Source: Candidatus Zambryskiibacteriota bacterium (GTDB taxonomy: Bacteria; Patescibacteriota; Minisyncoccia; Phycocordibacterales; DATDWN01). From it: a DNA stretch of 35,376 nt. Positions 9,629-15,404 of this stretch are shown here, one piece after another. The first letter of the stretch is position 1. Every line of letters begins with the position of its first letter. The notes beneath the pieces were generated by a model. That model saw only the letters and a program-made list of their open reading frames with translations, was not told where the DNA came from and made no database searches. The stretch is from the NCBI GenBank assembly GCA_016202965.1, contig JACQNQ010000028.1:1-35376 (forward strand), in the 5' to 3' direction. The position numbers and the translations under genes are program-made.

Positions 9629-9709
9629 TATCCCTTAGCTAGCGGCATAATTTTTTAAAGTCCTCGGAAAAAATCCCTAGACTTTAAAAAATTATGTCGC
9701 TAAGGGATA
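9629..9709. repeat. long near-perfect hairpin between the GC-rich unit and the pilin gene
   Basis: TATCCCTTAGC..CATAATTTTTTAAAGTC (left) pairs with GACTTTAAAAAATTATG..GCTAAGGGATA (right), about 33 bp per arm. Loop is CTCGGAAAAAATCC. Confidence 0.85.
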
Positions 9710-9722
9710 ACGGTCAATAAAT

Positions 9723-9774
9723 AAAAAAACCACCCTGCGGATGCACACTTGCGTGTGCATCCGCCCGAGGGTGG
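9723..9774 (-). terminator. strong intrinsic terminator of the GC-rich transcript
   Basis: The minus strand reads CCACCCTCGGGCGGATGCACAC-GCAA-GTGTGCATCCGC-AGGGTGG followed by TTTTTTT. Confidence 0.85.
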
Positions 9775-9969
9775 ATTGCGACTCGTTCGCTTTGCCTATC
9801 GGCTCGACCGGCACCTAAGTGCGGTCGGGGCGATTCGTGGCAAGCCGGCGGATGGCCGACGCGGGAATTTGTATCCATAAAGCCCGCAGTAGCCTGTCGC
9901 CGTGATGAGCGAAGAGTCGGTTTACGAGCCGCGGAATTGCGGCTCGTTCTCGCCGGCGCGCGCCGATGC

Positions 9970-10089
9970 CTAGTTGGCTCGAGTGGCGCTGCCGATGTCG
10001 TCGAACGCGGTCGTCGCGGTTGTCGCAAATAATGTGATATCGTGGGTCAAGGAACTGGTCGGCGGACTCTTGCTGTTGAGATACTTCAT
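9970..10089 (-). CDS. SD-led 39-codon small ORF inside the GC-rich transcript (hypothetical)
   Basis: AGGAGGTG (10093-10100, minus strand) lies 3 nt before the ATG. Translation is MKYLNSKSPPTSSLTHDITLFATTATTAFDDIGSATRAN, with a TAG stop. It is below the ORF-track length cutoff. Confidence 0.4.
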   Translation of the reverse strand: MKYLNSKSPPTSSLTHDITLFATTATTAFDDIGSATRAN

Positions 10090-10169
10090 GGTCACCTCCT
10101 GATGTGTGACGTTGCCGTCACTGGTCGGGTTGGAAACGTGAAAAAAATCAAATCAAAAGTTACGTTAAA

Positions 10170-10198
10170 AGTATAGCATTTCTTACACTTTACGTCAA
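10170..10198 (-). promoter_or_regulatory. near-consensus sigma70 promoter (TTGACG-17 nt-TATACT)
   Basis: The reverse complement gives TTGACG at 10193-10198, exactly 17 nt of spacer, and TATACT at 10170-10175. Confidence 0.65.
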
Positions 10199-10323
10199 GC
10201 GATTTTCGTGTCAAAACTCATTTTCTTTTTTCAATGTTAAAAATATGGCTTAAAATAAGGTTTATTTTAGACAGTCTTCAAAATGACTTATATTTTGCCC
10301 TTAGAAATTTAACTCATTTAATA

Positions 10324-10522
10324 AAATAATTATCAACAGTATACTGTGGGTAATTATTTTGTATACTTTGTAATTTGGTATAATATACTGTATCAAATTA
10401 ATTAACGTAAGAATTTTTATATAAACTTTCTTTTTTATTTCTTAACTATACGATATATCGTATAGTTAAGAAACGCTCAAAATTAGAAATTTATAATTTG
10501 GTACAATATACTGTACCAAATT
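10324..10522. repeat. cluster of palindromes and TATACTGT-containing repeats in a ~330-nt non-coding tract
   Basis: AAAATAATTATCAACAGTATACTGTGGGTAATTATTTT is a hairpin with an ACAGTATACTGT core. AATTTGGTATAATATACTGTATCAAATT (about 10372-10399) recurs as AATTTGGTACAATATACTGTACCAAATT (10495-10522). Confidence 0.8.
10438..10473. repeat. family P perfect palindrome, copy P2
   Basis: TTTCTTAACTATACGATATATCGTATAGTTAAGAAA is a 36-nt perfect palindrome with the same ACGATATATCGT centre as P1. Confidence 0.9.
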
Positions 10523-10525
10523 AAA

Positions 10526-11011
10526 TCAGGAATTTTTGTAAAAATACTTTTTCAGAAAAAATTGGGCGGTAATAACTATGACAATGGCCAGAAAAATGCC
10601 TGCTACAATATCAACAAAGTGATGAAGTCCCAAATAGACCCGCGAAAGCGAGACTAACAGACTTATAAAAAACAAAAACAATCCTACTTTTCGATTAAAA
10701 ACATATAGGACAGAAGCAATTAGAGCCGTCATCGTAGCGTGCGTTGACGGAAAACCATTACTGAAAATATGACTGACCAAAGGTTTGAAATCTATGACGA
10801 GAGAAGGCCTGGAATCATAATATATAAACTGCAAAAGAAACATTGACAGTATTGAGATAGGCAGAGCAATTGCCGACAATATAATTATCTTTTTTTGCTC
10901 AGATCTAGACTGCAAGAAAAAATATAGGCCACCAACAAAAAGCGGAACTAAAAAAAGATACTCTGCGGATATAATTGCCAGAAAATTGAACATATAGTAG
11001 AATGATACCAT
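10526..11011 (-). CDS. PAP2-family membrane phosphatase
   Basis: 161 aa polytopic protein. PAP2 motifs are YDSRPS, FPSTHA and SRVYLGLHHFVDIVAG. Confidence 0.8.
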   Translation of the reverse strand: MVSFYYMFNFLAIISAEYLFLVPLFVGGLYFFLQSRSEQKKIIILSAIALPISILSMFLLQFIYYDSRPSLVIDFKPLVSHIFSNGFPSTHATMTALIASVLYVFNRKVGLFLFFISLLVSLSRVYLGLHHFVDIVAGIFLAIVIVITAQFFLKKYFYKNS

Positions 11012-11064
11012 AAGAAATTATAAAATAATCACTTAACAGAACTTCCAGATTTGGATGAAATCCG

Positions 11065-11132
11065 AGGCGGACGAGAAAAAGAATTGGGGGCGTACTGTAG
11101 TACGGTGACAATTATTTTTTGAAGTCCAACAA
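11065..11132 (+). repeat. family Z conserved block, copy Z2 (upstream of the DsbA-like gene)
   Basis: AGGCGGACGAGAAAAAGAATTGG..(CGTACT-GT-AGTACG hairpin)..GGTGACAATTATTTTTTGAAGTCCAACAA. The 22-nt and 29-nt flanks are nearly identical to Z3, differing at one base of the 5' flank (C in Z2, T in Z3). Confidence 0.8.
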
Positions 11133-11246
11133 AGGTGAGGAGTGATGTTATCACTTCGCAAGACCTTGAACGTTTTGTAATCAAAATGTGAAAGGTGTAC
11201 TGCTCCTGTAAGGAGTTCGCCAAATGTGGAAGTTCATATACTCACA

Positions 11247-11942
11247 ATGCTTGAAAAATTGTCAGTGCCAATTGCAATCATAATAGCCGGAGGACTTATC
11301 GGCGGCGCTCTTTATTATTCAAATCTAAAAATAGGAAATCAGCCAACAAGAACTGCCGCGCCCACTGCAGAAAATACAACAATAACGATGAGGCCCGTAT
11401 CTTCAGACGACCATATTTTGGGCAACCCGAATGCCGATGTTTTAATCGTGGAATATTCGGATACCGAGTGTCCATTCTGCAAGCAGTTCCATACAACAAT
11501 GCAAAGAGTTATGAATGAGTACGGAAAAGACGGAAAAGTGGCTTGGGTTTACAGACACTTCCCCATTGACGAGCTCCATTCAAAAGCCCGCAAAGAAGCC
11601 GAGGCCACCGAATGCGCCAACGAGCTCGGCGGACCGGCAAAGTTTTGGCAATATATAAATATGCTTTTTGATACCACCACTTCAAACAATACTTTGGACC
11701 CGGCACAACTGCCGATTATCGCCAAAAATGTCGGTCTAGATGTCAAAGCTTTCAACGCTTGTCTCTCCAGCGGCAAGTATGCCACCAAAGTTGAGGCAGA
11801 TTACCAAGACGCGGTCAAAGCCGGCGGACGAGGCACGCCAAATTCAATCTTAGTTTCAAAAGACGGAACAAAAGTAACGGTTCAAGGCGCCCAACCGTAT
11901 GAGTCGCTCAAAGCCACGATTGACGCATTATTGCAGAAATAG
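11247..11942 (+). CDS. DsbA-family thiol:disulfide oxidoreductase, membrane-anchored
   Basis: Thioredoxin fold with the CPFC active site (DTECPFCKQFH). N-terminal TM helix PIAIIIAGGLIGGALYY. The ORF track opens at a GTG at 11226; the first ATG at 11247 is the preferred start. Confidence 0.85.
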   Translation: MLEKLSVPIAIIIAGGLIGGALYYSNLKIGNQPTRTAAPTAENTTITMRPVSSDDHILGNPNADVLIVEYSDTECPFCKQFHTTMQRVMNEYGKDGKVAWVYRHFPIDELHSKARKEAEATECANELGGPAKFWQYINMLFDTTTSNNTLDPAQLPIIAKNVGLDVKAFNACLSSGKYATKVEADYQDAVKAGGRGTPNSILVSKDGTKVTVQGAQPYESLKATIDALLQK

Positions 11943-12060
11943 TTTTCTCTTTCTATAATTAGTGAGGGGTGGTTCTTCACCGAGCTACGGGGCATTAATT
12001 TGACCCTAACAGTCGGACCGACAGAGTCCACTCCTCCACTTTGCGGTTTTTGTACGAAAC

Positions 12061-12086
12061 TAAACATCAGATTTGTCTGATGTTTA
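12061..12086. terminator. bidirectional hairpin between convergent genes
   Basis: TAAACATCAGA-TTTG-TCTGATGTTTA, an 11-bp stem. Confidence 0.6.
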
Positions 12087-12147
12087 AATATTGATTTTTT
12101 TATCTATTCTTTAATCTCTAATTCGCGCGAATAGGCGAACACGGACA

Positions 12148-13650
12148 TTAAACATTCAGCACTTTCCAGATTTCCACCATCGCCAGAGTGTCCAGTTTGC
12201 AATATTCAATAAGGTTGAAAAAAAGTTTTTCTTTGTTAATGCCTGTTTTATTCTTTACAACCGCATCCGTCCAAAGCCGCTGGGCAGATGCGCCTTCTTG
12301 AATATTCAGATTTTTATAACTTAACTCTGGAACAAGAATCGGCAGAACGTTTTTTATGGAAGCGCTGCCAAAAAAATCTTTATCTGCAAAAAAACCTTGG
12401 GCAAACGGTTCCATCAAATCCACTATTCTACTATTCACATCTTCTAAAAAATCCTTGTGCTTCGGAAACATTAGAGCCATTTCTTCGTTGCGCGCCATTT
12501 CAAACTTTTTATACCAGACAATAATACTTCCTGTAGGACAAATGTCTTTTGTCAATTTTTCCAAAAGTTTCGGCACTGGGTGGCTATTGTCTTTATGTAG
12601 ATACTCGGTATGTTTCAGTTCCCCGCCCGGCTCTTCTAAAATATGCAGAGAATACTGAAACGGGATTTGTTGATACGGGCTTGTTCCGTCATATGGCGGA
12701 ACAATGCTCATGGCCGTTTCGTAATCAAGAAAATAAAGCGGATATGTCAGTTCGTTTAGAAAATCTTTTATTTTTTCTTTTTTAATATTTCGCTCACCCG
12801 ATTTGGTAGCCGTTACTTGAACACGCTGTTTTGCGGTCAATTCAAAATTATCTGGTATGTCCTTTATCAAAGTAATTTCCAAATCTTCAAGTTCTCCTAT
12901 GTCCTCGGCCCCTATGGCAATAATGTTGTATATGCTGTACGGGTCAACGGTATTGCCCAGATTTTTATAAATTTCCATCCACTCTGAAAGCGCGCCGAGG
13001 TTTGTGTAACGCGGAGATGAGTCTGGCATTTCTCTGGAATTGATAATTTTTATAGCTAAGTCAATATTTTTCTCAGTCTCTTCTATCTTCCCGCGGACTT
13101 TATTTGTAATATCAGTTACGGCAGATAGAGCCATTGGGTCAACCTGTCCAGTTCTTACATACTTGCCGTTAACGTGTATAACAGAGATATTTCTGACAAC
13201 AAAACCGCATGATTCTAAAACCAAGACTTGAAATGCCAAATCCGGATAATGTTCCGGTTTGACTTTTGTGCTTGATTTGATTTCATATAAATCAATTTCA
13301 CTTTCTGAAATTCTGTCTATAACATCGCATATGCAAGTTATGTTTCCCTCCTCAAATCTGCCTTGAAAAACAGTTTTGGTCCCTTTTTTCCATAAATCTT
13401 CGGTTCTTTTCGGCAAAGAAATGTATTCATCATAATTATTAAAACCAAGCCGAACGCCTTTTGGAAACCTTTTTTCGGCATAATTTTCAAATTCTAACCC
13501 TTCGTCAAAAATGGCCTGCAAGTTATCGTCAGGCGCAGGCAATTTATTTTTATCGTGTTTCTTCAGCCACAACCAAGCCGGATGTTTCAGAAACATCATA
13601 TATTCAGACTTGGACAGTTGCGCTTCTTTCTCAAACTCTTGTAGAGACAT
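12148..13650 (-). CDS. DUF2779-type protein: N-terminal PD-(D/E)xK nuclease-like domain fused to a C-terminal DEDDy-like exonuclease domain
   Basis: 500 aa. The N-terminal half has CDVID...DLYEIKSS (D...ExK). The C-terminal half has YFLDYETAMSIVPPYDGTSPYQQIPFQYSLH (DxE) and YCKLDTLAM (Y-x3-D). The family assignment is from memory of the FLDFET...PYQQIPFQ signature. Confidence 0.65.
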   Translation of the reverse strand: MSLQEFEKEAQLSKSEYMMFLKHPAWLWLKKHDKNKLPAPDDNLQAIFDEGLEFENYAEKRFPKGVRLGFNNYDEYISLPKRTEDLWKKGTKTVFQGRFEEGNITCICDVIDRISESEIDLYEIKSSTKVKPEHYPDLAFQVLVLESCGFVVRNISVIHVNGKYVRTGQVDPMALSAVTDITNKVRGKIEETEKNIDLAIKIINSREMPDSSPRYTNLGALSEWMEIYKNLGNTVDPYSIYNIIAIGAEDIGELEDLEITLIKDIPDNFELTAKQRVQVTATKSGERNIKKEKIKDFLNELTYPLYFLDYETAMSIVPPYDGTSPYQQIPFQYSLHILEEPGGELKHTEYLHKDNSHPVPKLLEKLTKDICPTGSIIVWYKKFEMARNEEMALMFPKHKDFLEDVNSRIVDLMEPFAQGFFADKDFFGSASIKNVLPILVPELSYKNLNIQEGASAQRLWTDAVVKNKTGINKEKLFFNLIEYCKLDTLAMVEIWKVLNV

Positions 13651-13728
13651 AGAGCAATAATATCATGGAATTTCAGTCATTACATTAACTTACACTATAC
13701 GATTAATCGCGCGGTGTAAATTTTTTAA

Positions 13729-13770
13729 ATTGATACAATACACACGACATATCGTGTGTATTGTATCAAT
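13729..13770. repeat. family P palindrome, copy P3
   Basis: ATTGATACAATACACACGA-CATA-TCGTGTGTATTGTATCAAT has 19-bp arms and the centre ACGACATATCGT. Confidence 0.9.
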
Positions 13771-13795
13771 CGTATGAGTAAAAATTGTGAGTTTT

Positions 13796-14413
13796 TTAAT
13801 CAAACCCTGTCATTGCGCGTTCGAGGCCAGAGGTTACAAATGTTTCAATAGCAAGATTTACTTTTTTGGAAAGTTTTTTCAAGACTGAAATTTCATCCGG
13901 TTTGAATTCACCTAAAATATGTTTCATTACTTTTTCCTCACCTTGCGGTTTGCGAATCTTGCCAGTTGGAGAGGTCGGCGAGATACCGACGCGGATGCGG
14001 GCAAATTTTTCCGTCTTAACTGCTTTGATGATTGACTCCAAACCTTTGTGTCCCCCGGAAGATTTGTTGAAAGAAATTCTGGCAGAACCGAAAGGTAAAT
14101 CCAAATCATCGTAAATAACAATCGTTTTCTCTGTTTTACCCGCCATAGCTTTAGCGGAGGCGGGCGCCTTACTGCTAGTTACTAACTGCTTAATACTATT
14201 CCCCGACTTATTCATAAATGTGTCCGGCAATATCAAAGTTACAGGAGATTTGCCCACTTTCACCTTTGAAACTTGCGCGTTCAATTTTTTATCCGCCTTC
14301 CACTCCGCTCCGATCGATTTTCCAAACCACTCCAAAAGCATCCTTCCGGTGTTATGACGAGTACCTTCATATTCTTCTCCGGGATTTCCCAAACCAACTA
14401 TTATGTATAACAT
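13796..14413 (-). CDS. pth: peptidyl-tRNA hydrolase
   Basis: 205 aa. LYIIVGLGNPGEEYEGTRHNTG, FMNKSG, DDLDLPFG and GGHKGL motifs. It carries a ~10-aa GC-rich insertion (KAPASAKAMAG). Confidence 0.95.
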   Translation of the reverse strand: MLYIIVGLGNPGEEYEGTRHNTGRMLLEWFGKSIGAEWKADKKLNAQVSKVKVGKSPVTLILPDTFMNKSGNSIKQLVTSSKAPASAKAMAGKTEKTIVIYDDLDLPFGSARISFNKSSGGHKGLESIIKAVKTEKFARIRVGISPTSPTGKIRKPQGEEKVMKHILGEFKPDEISVLKKLSKKVNLAIETFVTSGLERAMTGFD

Positions 14414-14432
14414 AAAAACATGATAACACTAA

Positions 14433-14604
14433 TAGATTTTCGTCTCAACAAATCCTTTTCAGAGCATGCGCAAGCCTTGAGCTGGTTTTGTCAACGACCC
14501 TCTGTAAGAAGGGCTCATTGACAAATCAAGGCTGAGCACCTGAACAAACTTTTCGCTGGAAAAGTTTGAGTCTCTGAAAAGAATTTGGGGAGAAAGAAAA
14601 TCTA
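14433..14604 (+). repeat. family X structured repeat, copy 3 (divergent member)
   Basis: Outer stem TAGATTTTC..CCTTTTCAGAG / CTCTGAAAAG..GAAAATCTA. Stem B is AGCCTTGA/TCAAGGCT. Stem C TTGTCAA/TTGACAA carries an extra inner hairpin. The hairpin CTTTTCGCTGGAAAAG is conserved. Confidence 0.75.
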
Positions 14605-14636
14605 TGATAAAAAATCGTCATCGCACACTTTTTCCT

Positions 14637-14697
14637 AAGCCGACGCTTTAACAGGTCGGCTCCCCGACTTTCTGATATTAGGTCAGAAACGTCGGGG
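14637..14697. repeat. GC-rich nested-hairpin element (family G), intergenic copy
   Basis: GCCGAC-GCTTTAACAG-GTCGGC, then CCCCGAC-(TTTCTGA..TCAGAAA)-CGTCGGGG. Its reverse complement shares CCCCGACGT, TCGGGGAGCCGACC and AAAGCGTCGGCTT, in that order, with the insert inside tsaD. Confidence 0.85.
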
Positions 14698-14732
14698 TTG
14701 TGTCAAACGAAGTCGCACTATATACTTACGCC

Positions 14733-15335
14733 ATGAACGAAGAAAAAATACCTCCATCACCTCAAAAAAAACTGGCCTTCGTTGAAATAGTAAAAGAGAT
14801 TGTCATATTTGCCATGATTGCTTTCGGTATCGTCCTTCCTTTCCGTCTATACATTGCCGAGCCGTATATTGTGGACGGAGCATCAATGGACCCGACATTT
14901 CATACAGGAGACTATCTCATCGTGGACAAACTTTCATACGAAATAGGAAAACCTCAGAGAAACACCGTGGTTATTTTTAGATATCCGAACGACCCCAGAA
15001 AAAGTTTTATCAAACGCATCGTCGGACTGCCGGGCGAGACAATAACCATGAAAGACAATGTTGTCATTGTAATCAATCCGGAAAATCCAAAAGGCCTGAA
15101 TTTAGACCAGTCATATGTTGTTCACAAATGTTTGAAAACGACAAACAACTGTGTCATTTCATTTGAAGAAACTCTTGGAGTTGACGAGTACTATGTTTTG
15201 GGAGACAACAGAGCGGAAAGTTTTGACTCCCGTTCATGGGGACCGTTAAATAAAAAATACTTGCTGGGCAAACCGATACTCCAGTTGTGGCCGTTAAAAC
15301 AAATCAGTCTGTTTCCCGGAAAAGACAGAAAGTAG
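14733..15335 (+). CDS. lepB: signal peptidase I (S26)
   Basis: GASMDPTF (catalytic Ser), FIKRIVGLPGE (catalytic Lys box) and GDNRAESFDSRSWG. The ORF track opens at a GTG at 14700; the ATG at 14733 is the preferred start. Confidence 0.9.
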   Translation: MNEEKIPPSPQKKLAFVEIVKEIVIFAMIAFGIVLPFRLYIAEPYIVDGASMDPTFHTGDYLIVDKLSYEIGKPQRNTVVIFRYPNDPRKSFIKRIVGLPGETITMKDNVVIVINPENPKGLNLDQSYVVHKCLKTTNNCVISFEETLGVDEYYVLGDNRAESFDSRSWGPLNKKYLLGKPILQLWPLKQISLFPGKDRK

Positions 15336-15336
15336 T

Positions 15337-15398
15337 AAAAAGTTCATAAAGTTAAAATAAATTTGCTTTACTTTACAAACTTTATAATTTTATAAACT
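15337..15398. repeat. family Y hairpin repeat, short copy Y3
   Basis: AAAAAGTTCATAAAGTTAAAA / TAAATTTGCTTT / ACTTTACAAACTTTATAATTTTATAAACT. Confidence 0.7.
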
Positions 15399-15404
15399 AA
15401 ATCT

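Larger units (their letters stand above)
9723..10163 (-). ncRNA. candidate structured RNA / leader of unknown family (GC-rich island)
   Basis: It is bounded by a near-consensus promoter and a strong terminator. A hand count of a 90-nt sample gave 61 G+C, against about one third in the flanks. Many nested complementary segments are present (TTGCGAC/GTCGCAA, CGTTCG/CGAACG, ATCGGC/GCCGAT, GCCGGCG/CGCCGGC, CCGAC/GTCGG, GCGGG/CCCGC, ACGAGCCGC/GCGGCTCGT). No plausible long ORF exists. Confidence 0.5.

Noticed and set aside
9714-10028. 104-aa minus-strand ORF in the GC-rich island
   Set aside because: Its Arg/Pro/Ala-rich composition is typical of an off-frame read through GC-rich DNA. It begins at a non-ATG codon with no SD and runs through the terminator hairpin.
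9723-10163. GC-rich island as RNase P RNA, tmRNA, SRP RNA, T-box, c-di-GMP riboswitch or group II intron domain
   Set aside because: I looked for GGAAAGUCC and the ACAGAA..GGCUUA blocks (RNase P), and for tRNA-like acceptor/T-arm ends plus an Ala-rich tag (tmRNA). I also looked for GGAA/AGCA helix 8 (SRP), AGGGUGGNACCGCG (T-box), ACGCAAAGC-type GEMM blocks and a 34-nt domain V. None was convincingly present. This was by eye only, so a covariance-model search is still needed.
10338-10349. ACAGTATACTGT and TACTGTAT motifs as LexA SOS boxes
   Set aside because: The E. coli-type box is CTGT-N8-ACAG. Here the half-sites are in the opposite arrangement (ACAG-TATA-CTGT) or occur as single halves, and no lexA or recA context is present.
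14414-14699. Divergent pth/lepB intergenic region as a replication origin
   Set aside because: Gene orientation switches here, but the gap is filled by family X and G repeats and contains no DnaA-box 9-mers or AT-rich unwinding tract. Orientation switches back at 27.4 kb.
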